The notes under the pieces are model-generated. The model worked only from the letters and a program-made list of their open reading frames with translations, was not told the DNA's origin and made no database searches. Source: Candidatus Nitrosopumilus koreensis AR1 (GTDB lineage Archaea > Thermoproteota > Nitrososphaeria > Nitrososphaerales > Nitrosopumilaceae). Taken from it: DNA of 32,000 nt. The position numbers and the translations under genes were made by a program. Below are positions 16,146 to 24,635 of the stretch, one piece after another (position 1 is the first letter of the stretch; each line of letters starts with the position of its first letter). The stretch is from assembly GCF_000299365.1 (NCBI RefSeq), contig NC_018655.1, forward strand, positions 120,001-152,000, written 5' to 3'.

Positions 16146-16174
16146 AAAGATTGGGCTAAAGTTGCCCAATCTTT
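16146..16174 (-). terminator. Strong hairpin (11-bp stem), possibly a terminator or processing element downstream of the response-regulator gene
   Basis: AAAGATTGGGC-TAAAGTT-GCCCAATCTTT. On the minus strand it is followed by a T/A-rich run (TTTTATTATAATT). Confidence 0.3.
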
Positions 16175-16322
16175 GGACGATGGTAAACTATAGCAGGTGA
16201 CATGGCATGATTACCATTCTTTCTTTGAGTAATTTACCTTAAAAGAAAATAGTAGAAATGATTAGTATGATCTAAATACTATTTTTTTCAGACTGGAACT
16301 GCTTTTAAATTTCTAAATGAAA

Positions 16323-16715
16323 TTACTCTAATTCAATTTTAGAGTATTTTTGTGCCAAATCTTTTAACTGATCAACGCCAAGCGGTTTTGCAATAACTTT
16401 GATTAGTCCTTTTTTTATTGCTTCTTGATTTTTGGGTTCGTATTCTGAAACTCCTGTAATAATTACAACACTGGCATCTTTGTCTATTTCTTTGATTTGA
16501 TTAAATGCTTCATACCCATCAAGTACTGGCATGTCTCCATCCATTATAACTAAAGATGGATTGAATTTTCTAAATTTTTCAACACCTGCTTGACCATTTT
16601 CAGCAGTTATGACTTCAAAATTATTCAATTCAAGAATTTCTTTATAAATATTAAGTAAATCTATATCGTCTTCAACAACCAGAATTCTTGTCTTCATGGT
16701 AAATCTTACATTCAT
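16323..16715 (-). CDS. CheY-like response regulator receiver (single domain)
   Basis: RILVVEDDIDLL, VIMDGDMPVLDG (phospho-acceptor Asp) and VIITGVSE..AKPL. The start may be the internal Met (MKTRILVV). Confidence 0.85.
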   Translation of the reverse strand: MNVRFTMKTRILVVEDDIDLLNIYKEILELNNFEVITAENGQAGVEKFRKFNPSLVIMDGDMPVLDGYEAFNQIKEIDKDASVVIITGVSEYEPKNQEAIKKGLIKVIAKPLGVDQLKDLAQKYSKIELE

Positions 16716-16806
16716 AATTTACTATTAAAGGTATTCAATTTTTTTAAAAAAGTTAATACCATGATATACTCATATATGTTGAAAATATAAAAAATAGTGA
16801 TCTTAT

Positions 16807-18579
16807 TTGAGTAAAAATGACTCTCTTCCAAAACTAGATTTTGTTAACACCAAATCTGTTTTGACATTTTTAATTATAACATTGGTTTCTATTACTTTGT
16901 TATATCAGGTAAGACCATTTGTAGATGATGCTCAATTTGCTTGGATTTCAGTCCCTGCATATCTTTTTTCAACTGCAATCCTAACAATAGTTGCTATAGT
17001 AGTTGGAATAAAATTATACAAACAAAAACACTATCAAACAAAAGGATTTTTCCTCTTTGCTATAGGCGCAGTATTTTGGTTTATAGCTGAATTCATTTGG
17101 TTAATGTATGATCATATTTGGGATGGTAGTCCATTTCCATCTGAAGCCGATATTTTTTACGTAGCTGCATATCCGCCTATGACCACATTTTTGTTTATAT
17201 CGTTAAAACCAGTTCTTAATTCTGTTAGCAGAAATGTTTGGTTGTTTGCAATTGCTTTAGCTGCTTCATTTTTGTTTCCATCTGTTACTGCAGCATATGA
17301 TGATATGTTGGGTGAAGATGCATTTCCAACAGCTATAGCTCTTGCATATCCAATAATGGGATCAATCCAAGTAGTTCCTGCAATTGTTGGAATTATGTAT
17401 CTTGCAAAGAAAGGTGCAAATTTTTCTTGGATGTTAATTTTATTTGGATTTATCATATATGGTACTGCAGATACATTTTTCTTATTTGCCGAACTTGATG
17501 GAACCTATTACGATGGCCATCCAGTTGATCTGCTTTGGTTGTACACTTACATTCTACTAATTTTTGCATTTTATATTAGATATAAGATTTCAAAGATACC
17601 CACTACTGAACAACATGCCATGTTCTTTTCTGAAAAGGTACAATTTGAAACAATTAGTAAATTTGGAATTCCGCTGACATTAGCAATAATTACTATGGTT
17701 ATTGGAATTTCTCTTATTCATTCAATCTTTATGGAAACTGATGAACAAATCACTTCTCAAAATATTATGCTTGGAGTTGTTGCTATGCTGGCAGTTTTTG
17801 CAGCAATAGTATTAACTTTGAACAAAAATCTTTCTCGTCTAGTTAAAGTTAGAACAGAAGAACTTGTTGAACAAAAAGAAAGTCTTGAAAGGCTTGTAGA
17901 TGAAAAAACAAGAGAGATATTAAAATCAGAACGACTCTCTGCAATTGGTGAATTATCTGGAAGACTTGCACACGACTTGAGAAATCCTTTATCTGTAATG
18001 AAAATGTCTGTGGATTTATTAAAAGAAACTCCTCCAGATACAAAACTATCTGATCCAACTCTAAGTAAACGTCTTGATTTAATGGAAAAAAGTATTGATA
18101 GAATAGCTCATCAAGTAGATGATGTGTTAGACTTTGTTAGGCTTTCACCACTCAAATTAGTTCAAGTTTCTGTACGTGACACTATTCAAAACTCTATCAA
18201 TAAAATCAATGTGCCAGATAATATTCATCTTCGTATATCTGGTAAAGATTTGGAAATCAAATGTGATCCAGTTAAACTAGATGCTGTATTTCTAAATCTT
18301 CTTGTTAATGCAATTCAAGCGTTACCTGATGGTGGAGAAATTGAAGTTAAAATTTCTCAAAAAAATAACTTGGCAATTTTAGATTTTATTGATTCTGGTG
18401 AGGGAGTTTCTGATGAGAATCTTGGAAAAGTATTTGAGCCTTTATTTACTACTAAACAGAAAGGTACAGGTCTTGGATTGTCTAGCTGTAAAAGTGTTGT
18501 AGAACAACACAATGGAACAATATCGATAAAAAACAACCCTTCAACTTTTACTGTATTTTTACCAATAGATTCTGAATAG
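16807..18579 (+). CDS. Sensor histidine kinase with a polytopic N-terminal membrane domain
   Basis: At least 8 hydrophobic helices, then a coiled coil, the H-box SGRLAHDLRNPLS, the N-box LNLLVNAIQA, G1 IDSGEGV and G2 GTGLGLSS. It is divergent from the receiver gene. Confidence 0.9.
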   Translation: MSKNDSLPKLDFVNTKSVLTFLIITLVSITLLYQVRPFVDDAQFAWISVPAYLFSTAILTIVAIVVGIKLYKQKHYQTKGFFLFAIGAVFWFIAEFIWLMYDHIWDGSPFPSEADIFYVAAYPPMTTFLFISLKPVLNSVSRNVWLFAIALAASFLFPSVTAAYDDMLGEDAFPTAIALAYPIMGSIQVVPAIVGIMYLAKKGANFSWMLILFGFIIYGTADTFFLFAELDGTYYDGHPVDLLWLYTYILLIFAFYIRYKISKIPTTEQHAMFFSEKVQFETISKFGIPLTLAIITMVIGISLIHSIFMETDEQITSQNIMLGVVAMLAVFAAIVLTLNKNLSRLVKVRTEELVEQKESLERLVDEKTREILKSERLSAIGELSGRLAHDLRNPLSVMKMSVDLLKETPPDTKLSDPTLSKRLDLMEKSIDRIAHQVDDVLDFVRLSPLKLVQVSVRDTIQNSINKINVPDNIHLRISGKDLEIKCDPVKLDAVFLNLLVNAIQALPDGGEIEVKISQKNNLAILDFIDSGEGVSDENLGKVFEPLFTTKQKGTGLGLSSCKSVVEQHNGTISIKNNPSTFTVFLPIDSE

Positions 18580-18593
18580 TCACTATAATCAAG

Positions 18594-19148
18594 TTATAGT
18601 TTTTTCAATAACACAAATCGTCTTTTTTCAGGCTCAATGTCTTCATGCATATCCACATCACTTACAATTCGTACCTTGTAATTCATCCAACGTTTAACCA
18701 TATTACGTGATTTTTGATTCTCATCAATTTCTTTTTCTACATCATTAAATGTCTCGCAATTCATAATGTATTTTCCTGCAACTCTGTGCATCTCTGAAAT
18801 TCCTTTTTCTAACGTTTCATCATCTAGATAATTTAATAATCCATGAGTAAACACAAAATCTATTGATGAATCTTCAAATGGTAAATCTGAAATGGTTCCT
18901 TTCTTAAAATTGGCTACTGATAATTTTTCCTTTGCAATATCTAATGCGTATTCATTAAGATCAATTCCATGAATCTGAAAAGTATTTGGAAATAATCTTA
19001 AATCAATTCCAGTCCCACATCCAATTTCTAAAACACTTGTACAATGTAGTGATGTGGCAAGATCTTTTGTGAATTTTGCAAATTCTTCATTATATCTTGA
19101 CTCATTTTCATCTGCATATTTTTTCCAAAATTCTTCATTGTAATTCAT
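18594..19148 (-). CDS. Class I SAM-dependent methyltransferase
   Basis: Motif I VLEIGCGTGIDL, followed by HGIDLNE and IDFVFTHGLLNY. Confidence 0.8.
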   Translation of the reverse strand: MNYNEEFWKKYADENESRYNEEFAKFTKDLATSLHCTSVLEIGCGTGIDLRLFPNTFQIHGIDLNEYALDIAKEKLSVANFKKGTISDLPFEDSSIDFVFTHGLLNYLDDETLEKGISEMHRVAGKYIMNCETFNDVEKEIDENQKSRNMVKRWMNYKVRIVSDVDMHEDIEPEKRRFVLLKKL

Positions 19149-19185
19149 GTATCTTTTAAGATATGGCAGTATTTGATGCTAATTG

Positions 19186-19347
19186 TTAATGACTACATTT
19201 GCATGGGATGAGCTTTGTATCAAATGTACAGTCGTGAGGACCATCTGACTTTCCTTGTGTTGGAATCTCTTTCATACAGTCTTCATGACGACCTTTTCTG
19301 CAAAACCAACAGATTTCTTGGTTGTCTCCAGTAGCACATGAATCCAT
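19186..19347 (-). CDS. Small Cys/His-rich protein, 53 aa, not in the ORF track (below its length cutoff); putative zinc-binding
   Basis: Hand translation of the minus strand gives MDSCATGDNQEICWFCRKGRHEDCMKEIPTQGKSDGPHDCTFDTKLIPCKCSH*, with 7 Cys and 3 His. It fills a gap between two minus-strand genes that is otherwise empty and has above-background GC. Confidence 0.5.
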   Translation of the reverse strand: MDSCATGDNQEICWFCRKGRHEDCMKEIPTQGKSDGPHDCTFDTKLIPCKCSH

Positions 19348-19388
19348 AGTTTCTATCTATTTTTATGGGTAAAAAACCTCGTGGAAGT

Positions 19389-20303
19389 TTAGATATATGT
19401 TAACCATGGCAAGAATCTTTCATCTTTGCCCATCACTACATCAGTAAATGATTTTTGTAGTGCTTTTGTAATGTTGCCCATTTTGCCTTTGCCAATTTTT
19501 ACTTTGTCAATCTGCGTTACGGATTTTACTTCAGCAGCAGTACCTGTCATGAATACTTCATCAGCAGCGTAGAGATCATCTCTTTCTAGATCTCGTTCTA
19601 TTACAAACCCTCCGTTTTCTTCAATGATCTGTATTACGCTATCTCTTGTAATCCCCTCTAATCCTCCTGCAGATAGTGGTGGAGTTTGAATAATGTCATC
19701 TTTTACAATGAAGATATTTTCAGCACTACCTTCAGCAATTTTCCCATGCAAATTCAGCATGATTGCCTCATCATATCCGTTTTCTAATGCTTCCATCCTT
19801 GCTAGTGCTGCGTTTGCATAGTTTGATGCTGCCTTTGCTTGCATTGGCTGGGATCTAGAATCAATTTTTACCCAACTTGATACTTTACATTTTGCTCCTG
19901 AGAATTTTCCAGCTTTTGATTCGCCCATCTTCCATTCCCAACATGAAATAGATGCATCAACTTTGTTCTGTGTTGGGGTTAAACCCATAGTTCCATAACC
20001 ATAATATGCTAATGGTCTAATGTAGCATTCTTTGAGCTTACTTGCTTTTACTGTTTGAATGATCCCGTCAGAAATCTCTTGTTTTGAAAACTGCATTTTC
20101 ATTGAATACAGTTTTGCTGATTTGAAGAATCTATCTACGTGTTCTGGTAATCTGAAAATGGCAGAACCATTTGGTGTATTGTAACATCGTATGCCCTCAA
20201 AAATTGATGTAGAATAATGTAACGCATGAGTTAGAACATGGACTTTGGCATCTTTGAATGGCACTAATTTCCCATTCATCCATATTTTTCCAACTTCTTC
20301 CAT
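19389..20303 (-). CDS. ilvE: Branched-chain amino acid aminotransferase (class IV PLP enzyme)
   Basis: IWMNGKLVPFKDAKVHVLTHALHYSTSIFEGIRCY, NYANAALARMEA, and EVFMTGTAAEVKSV, all typical of IlvE. Confidence 0.9.
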   Translation of the reverse strand: MEEVGKIWMNGKLVPFKDAKVHVLTHALHYSTSIFEGIRCYNTPNGSAIFRLPEHVDRFFKSAKLYSMKMQFSKQEISDGIIQTVKASKLKECYIRPLAYYGYGTMGLTPTQNKVDASISCWEWKMGESKAGKFSGAKCKVSSWVKIDSRSQPMQAKAASNYANAALARMEALENGYDEAIMLNLHGKIAEGSAENIFIVKDDIIQTPPLSAGGLEGITRDSVIQIIEENGGFVIERDLERDDLYAADEVFMTGTAAEVKSVTQIDKVKIGKGKMGNITKALQKSFTDVVMGKDERFLPWLTYI

Positions 20304-20399
20304 GGGAGAGGAAAAAAACCATGCTAATTTAAAGAATTATCTTTTGATACTGTTTTTTGTTATTGGAAACTACATATCTGACTAGATTTAAAATGTGAT

Positions 20400-20606
20400 A
20401 TGGAATGGACTTTGGGATATGTCGCAATTGCCCTTCTTGTCATAGGATTAATTGGTCAGGCATTTGAAATGAGAAAAATTCGTCAGACTGCATACAAGGA
20501 TGAACAATTAGGCTCGCCTACAATTTTTACAAATAAGAAAAATTTCAAGTGGTATGGAATTCTTGGAATTGGGATAATTCTTTGGTATTTTGCTGAGCGT
20601 ATGTAA
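20400..20606 (+). CDS. Small 2-TM membrane protein, 68 aa
   Basis: LGYVAIALLVIGLIGQAF and WYGILGIGIILWYF helices. Confidence 0.5.
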   Translation: MEWTLGYVAIALLVIGLIGQAFEMRKIRQTAYKDEQLGSPTIFTNKKNFKWYGILGIGIILWYFAERM

Positions 20607-20607
20607 T

Positions 20608-20625
20608 CTGATCTATATAGATCAG
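20608..20625. repeat. 18-bp perfect palindrome CTGATCTATATAGATCAG containing a TATATA core
   Basis: Read directly. It lies just after the stop of the 68-aa ORF and about 25-30 nt upstream of the GC-enriched RNA-like element. It could be a terminator hairpin, a TATA-box promoter, or both. Confidence 0.8.
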
Positions 20626-20647
20626 CTCTAAATACTAGAAACGGCAA

Positions 20648-20754
20648 CATAAAGTATCGCGTGTTTAGGGTAACGCCGGACTGAATCTAGATAATGGTCC
20701 AAGAACAAACCCTTGATGGCGCTACTGGTGTAAAAACCGTACGCCATACTTTCG
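20648..20754 (+). rRNA. Candidate 5S rRNA (short, roughly 105 nt; ends are approximate)
   Basis: A GC-enriched non-coding island in AT-rich DNA. Terminal helix AAAGUAU/AUACUUU. Three-way-junction fold with GGGU..ACCC and GGCG..CGCC helices. GGGUAACGCCGGACUG closely resembles my recollection of crenarchaeal 5S (GGGUAACACCCGGACUC). Downstream, ..GGUCCAAGAACAAACCC parallels ..CCGGAAGUUAAGCC. UACUGG is present in the 3' domain. Confidence 0.5.
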
Positions 20755-22170
20755 CTAAATAAAATTAATTTTTGAAATCTCTTGATGTATCGCACTAATT
20801 GCTTTTCTAATATTGTCTTTTGTATCTTCTACAACAATAACTATTCGTGAAGTTTCTTCTTGCGCATCCATGTTCAAAATATTTAATCCTGCTTCACCTA
20901 TCTTTGCACTTGTTCTAGATGCGACTTGTTGAACTCGCCACATCTCGTCTCCAATTAATGTGATAACTCCTCTGTTGTATGTTATTGTTGCAAGAGAATC
21001 AAATCCCAGCAAATATTTTTCATTTCTTTTCACATAATCTCCATCTAGAAATAATATTCTTGAAAACTCCATGCCGTCTTTTGTAAATGGGGATAAAATA
21101 ATAAATTCACTATAACGTTTGTCTTTGTCTAACGACGTCAACAATCTTTGTATTGATGCTGTCTCAATTCTAAAAATAGCACAATTTTCTTTTCCTGTAA
21201 CAATTTTGATGGGATGTCCTTTTTGCTCATCTAATGTCCGTTTTATTATGGTAATTTTATCTGGATTTTTCATGTTTGTAACTGTGATTGACATGTCAAC
21301 ACCATTTTCTACAATTTCTTTAATTGCTATTGGATCTAATATTTTCATTCCAAACATCCCTGCAAGTCTTGCTTCGTTGTACGATAATTGATGAACTTCT
21401 CTTAATCCTGATTCTATAATTTTTGGGTCAGCTGAAACTACTGCGCTATCTTTCTCAAAATCTATGCTGGTTTCATATTTTTTATGAAACAAAATTCCTA
21501 AATCTGCAGCTGTACGATCAGACCCTCCGCGCTCATATGTAGTCATGACATTGTCTGTTGTTTTTCCGATAAATCCACCTATGGTAACTACCTCATTTTG
21601 TTCCACTATTTTTTCAGTTTTTTCTATTTTTGCACGGGATTCTGATGTTAGAAAATTTGTTGATTCTATGTTGTTATCTGTTATTATGGGCCAATCTTCA
21701 AAATCTATAGATTCGGATTTGATATTGTTACTTCTTAGGATGTAATTCATCACATGAGACATCAAAATCTCCCCTGAAAATGCTAGTGCGCGTGAGCGTA
21801 CTTCGTCAACAAATTCTTTATTCTCAGTTGTCTCGTCTAGTGCTTTTCGGACTTTTTCAAGATTTAAATCAATTATATTTCTACATCTTTCTTTGTTTTC
21901 TGAATTTACCAACTCTAAAATTTTCTGATATGTCGATTTGATGATTTCTAGTGATGGGGCAGTGCCATTTGCAGCATTTTCTCCTTGCTCTAATATTACA
22001 TCTGTTAGTGAACGTTTTTTTCCATTATCAATTGTTAATGGTGCTGAAAAAACTGCAATTACTTTGGCATCCTTTTTCAAATTAGTAATTCTTTGAATTA
22101 TTTTCGGAATGGATATTCCATCTGGGCCTATTGCACTACCTCCAAATTTTGCTACAACCAATTTCGTCAT
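20755..22170 (-). CDS. Aspartate kinase-like amino acid kinase with a C-terminal regulatory (ACT-like) region
   Basis: N-terminal KLVVAKFGGSAIG (amino-acid-kinase P-loop-like motif), GGSDRTAADLG, and a 471-aa length. Confidence 0.65.
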   Translation of the reverse strand: MTKLVVAKFGGSAIGPDGISIPKIIQRITNLKKDAKVIAVFSAPLTIDNGKKRSLTDVILEQGENAANGTAPSLEIIKSTYQKILELVNSENKERCRNIIDLNLEKVRKALDETTENKEFVDEVRSRALAFSGEILMSHVMNYILRSNNIKSESIDFEDWPIITDNNIESTNFLTSESRAKIEKTEKIVEQNEVVTIGGFIGKTTDNVMTTYERGGSDRTAADLGILFHKKYETSIDFEKDSAVVSADPKIIESGLREVHQLSYNEARLAGMFGMKILDPIAIKEIVENGVDMSITVTNMKNPDKITIIKRTLDEQKGHPIKIVTGKENCAIFRIETASIQRLLTSLDKDKRYSEFIILSPFTKDGMEFSRILFLDGDYVKRNEKYLLGFDSLATITYNRGVITLIGDEMWRVQQVASRTSAKIGEAGLNILNMDAQEETSRIVIVVEDTKDNIRKAISAIHQEISKINFI

Positions 22171-22186
22171 GGTACTTTATCAAAAA

Positions 22187-23209
22187 TCAATGGCTATCTA
22201 TTAAGCTTTGAATAATTTTGGCAGCTTTTGTTGCACCTTCTGTATTGATTTGCTTTCTTCTTTCATCTAATTTCTCTATAATCAGTTTGTCAAGTCTTTT
22301 GATATCTTCAAAAACAAATCCTTGATCTTTAGCATTATCTTCTTGTTCAAAATGGCCTTTGATTGGAATAAATATTGCAGGCGTACCGTACGCATTAGCT
22401 TCATCAATTGTTGATTTTCCTGCAAGTGAAATTAAAACATCTGATGCATAAATTATCTCATGTAAATTGTCTACAAATCCTAAATTTATTACATTTTCAT
22501 AATTTCTGTTAACTGATGGACCAGAAACTAGTACAACTTTAATGTCTTGATTAATTTTTGAAACAGCACCTAATGCTTTTTCAATTAAAAATAATCCTGC
22601 ATCAGTACCTCCAATGGAAATAACAATAGTTTTTTTGTCAAAAGAAAGTTTTTCTCGTAATTGTTCTCTTGTGTGGTTTGTTTGTCTTACTATTGGTCCT
22701 ACTCTTTTGATATTGTCTTTAGAATCTCCAATTTCTGGAATTATTACGCTTTCACATTTTTTTATAATTTCTTGCATTGATTTATTCATCTTTTTCTCAA
22801 TAAATGATGCCAAACCTTTTGTGAAATGTGTCTCTAAAATATCAGTAATGAGGATAGTCGGAATTTTCATTTCTTGAGCTACTGATAGTGATGCAAAATC
22901 CTCATCACTTACCGCCAAACTTGGATTGTCTTTTTGTAAAATCTTCTGTGAGATATTTTTGCAATCTCTATAATATTGATAGTAATTCCAGAGCCATTTT
23001 GCAGGATTTTTCAATATTCCATTTTCAACAGTAAATGAAGGTGGTTTATAGACATCTTCTACTTGAATCTCTAATTTTTTTAAAATTCTTGCAGCACCAC
23101 TACCAGTAACAAAATTTGTTGTGATATTTTGGAAATTACTTTCAATTGCAATGTCTCTTGTTATGTGACCTAATCCTATTGGACTGGAAAAAAAATCTAA
23201 ATGAACCAT
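22187..23209 (-). CDS. GT-B fold glycosyltransferase (MurG/GT28- or GT1-like)
   Basis: N-terminal SSPIGLGHITRDIAI, central ISIGGTDAG, and C-terminal LAGKSTIDEANAYGTPAIFIP, the nucleotide-sugar-binding pattern. Confidence 0.65.
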   Translation of the reverse strand: MVHLDFFSSPIGLGHITRDIAIESNFQNITTNFVTGSGAARILKKLEIQVEDVYKPPSFTVENGILKNPAKWLWNYYQYYRDCKNISQKILQKDNPSLAVSDEDFASLSVAQEMKIPTILITDILETHFTKGLASFIEKKMNKSMQEIIKKCESVIIPEIGDSKDNIKRVGPIVRQTNHTREQLREKLSFDKKTIVISIGGTDAGLFLIEKALGAVSKINQDIKVVLVSGPSVNRNYENVINLGFVDNLHEIIYASDVLISLAGKSTIDEANAYGTPAIFIPIKGHFEQEDNAKDQGFVFEDIKRLDKLIIEKLDERRKQINTEGATKAAKIIQSLIDSH

Positions 23210-23257
23210 GAAATTGTTATTTTTTTATCAAATTTTTAGATTCTTACCTTCTCAAAG

Positions 23258-23264
23258 TTTAAAT
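23258..23264 (+). promoter_or_regulatory. Candidate TATA box for tRNA-Val
   Basis: TTTAAAT lies 24-30 nt upstream of the tRNA 5' end, preceded by a purine-rich BRE-like CAAAG. Confidence 0.4.
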
Positions 23265-23287
23265 GGTTTTTAACTACGTTGGTTTCT

Positions 23288-23362
23288 GGGCTCATAGTCC
23301 AGGTCGGTTATGACGTCGCCCTTACACGGCGAAGATCCGGGGTTCAAATCCCCGTGGGCCCA
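23288..23362 (+). tRNA. tRNA-Val (anticodon UAC)
   Basis: GGGCTCA TA GTCC AGGTCGGTTA TGAC G TCGCC CTTACAC GGCGA AGATC CGGGG TTCAAAT CCCCG TGGGCCC A. Canonical T-loop and no encoded CCA. Confidence 0.9.
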
Positions 23363-23382
23363 TTCCTTTCGAAATCTTATTA

Positions 23383-23664
23383 ATGATAATTAGTATCAAT
23401 ATGTGGTTCATTTTGGCAAAACGAAAAGTTCGAACTGGTAGAGGTACAAGGATAATCGAAGTCGATGATAAAGACTCTGCTTGGTCGGGAAATGATTTCA
23501 AAAAACTTCAAGAAGAAAGAAAAAAAGCATCCTCGAACAAGTATATCACAGTAGGCCGTGGAACTGCTAAGATTAAGTTTGGTGATATGGAAAGTACACC
23601 AATAAAATCCACTAAAGGCATGTGGATCAGTTCAGGAAGAGGCACTGGAAAAAGAAAACTCTGA
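23383..23664 (+). CDS. Small basic protein with three GRGT motifs, up to 93 aa (the true start may be the internal Met at MWFILAKRK)
   Basis: TGRGTRIIEV, VGRGTAKIKF and SGRGTGKRKL. Lys/Arg-rich. No family recognised. Confidence 0.45.
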   Translation: MIISINMWFILAKRKVRTGRGTRIIEVDDKDSAWSGNDFKKLQEERKKASSNKYITVGRGTAKIKFGDMESTPIKSTKGMWISSGRGTGKRKL

Positions 23665-23759
23665 TAGTAGATACCAAATAATCAATGAATGTACATTCCT
23701 TATCTAATATTGTCAATCAATTTTTAATCAAAAATTAATTAAAAAAATTTAGTTGTCAG

Positions 23760-24107
23760 TTACTTGAAAGAACGCACTTTTCTAACAACTTTGTTGTGAT
23801 CTAGTGAAGCAGTTGTAGTGATATACAGAATATGGTTTCTTCCTGCTGGAATAACTAGTCTCTTGACTTTGTCATATTCTGCAACAACATATTTGCATGG
23901 TCCTAGACTCCTCATCAGTTTTTTGCGTTGCTTCCAATCTTTTGCTGCAGCCTTTAATGATGCTAAGCTCTGTTTCTTTGACACCAAAAGATTTACCTTC
24001 TTAGAACGTGCAGAGAACAATAAATTGCCTTTGAGATCACAGACGCTTACCACTCTTACAGAAGGGCTGATTTTCAAAATCTTTTCAACAGCATCCTGAA
24101 TTTCCAT
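23760..24107 (-). CDS. Hypothetical protein, 115 aa; paralog of 24240..24611
   Basis: Shares ..IL...P..R...V.D.., DWK.RK, LG..Y...EYDKVKR and D.N.VV..V with the divergent neighbour. Confidence 0.6.
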   Translation of the reverse strand: MEIQDAVEKILKISPSVRVVSVCDLKGNLLFSARSKKVNLLVSKKQSLASLKAAAKDWKQRKKLMRSLGPCKYVVAEYDKVKRLVIPAGRNHILYITTTASLDHNKVVRKVRSFK

Positions 24108-24239
24108 AATAGTAAGAAATCTTTCTAGATGATAAGATTTTCTAAATCAATTTTAAATCTCATTTTTAGTCATTTTCTTAACAAATAGTGCCTGAATCAA
24201 TTTTTTACTTTAATAATTCGTGTTCTATAGAACATAATA

Positions 24240-24611
24240 TTGGATTACGAAAAATTCTGTTCACAGATTTTGGATGCTGATCCCAAAATTAGATTTGCCA
24301 CAGTTTATGATGAATGGGCAGCTCGTGTAGGTGGCGGTATGAGAGAAGGTTTGAAAAATTTGCTTTCAGATCATGCAGAAAAAGAATTGGTAAATCTCTC
24401 TATATTAGACTGGAAAGCACGTAAAGACATGTCAAAATGGCTTGGAAAAACCATCTATACTCTTGGTGAATATGACAAGGTTAAACGATTCTCATTTTAT
24501 CTTGGTGATGATCATTTGCTTCTTGTAAGTTCTGAAAAAGATAATGATACCAACACTGTAGTTGATGAAGTCATTCGATTATATTATGAAAATCAGGACA
24601 AAAAATCTTAA
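24240..24611 (+). CDS. Hypothetical protein, 123 aa; paralog of 23760..24107
   Basis: TTG start. ILDWKARKDMSKWLGKTIYTLGEYDKVKRF aligns with AKDWKQRKKLMRSLGPCKYVVAEYDKVKRL in the neighbour. Confidence 0.6.
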   Translation: MDYEKFCSQILDADPKIRFATVYDEWAARVGGGMREGLKNLLSDHAEKELVNLSILDWKARKDMSKWLGKTIYTLGEYDKVKRFSFYLGDDHLLLVSSEKDNDTNTVVDEVIRLYYENQDKKS

Positions 24612-24635
24612 TTTAGAAACATACTATGAATAATT

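Noticed and set aside
20640-20755. RNase P RNA: CUAGAUAAUGGUCCAAGAACAAACCCUUGAUGG resembles the CR-IV/CR-V region (CUAGAUGAAUGACUGUCCACGACAGAACCCGGCUUAUCGG) of RNase P RNA
   Set aside because: The element is only about 105 nt. It is bounded by a real ORF upstream and a CDS stop downstream. It lacks the universal GAGGAAAGUCC (CR-I) motif. A 5S-like three-way junction fits better.
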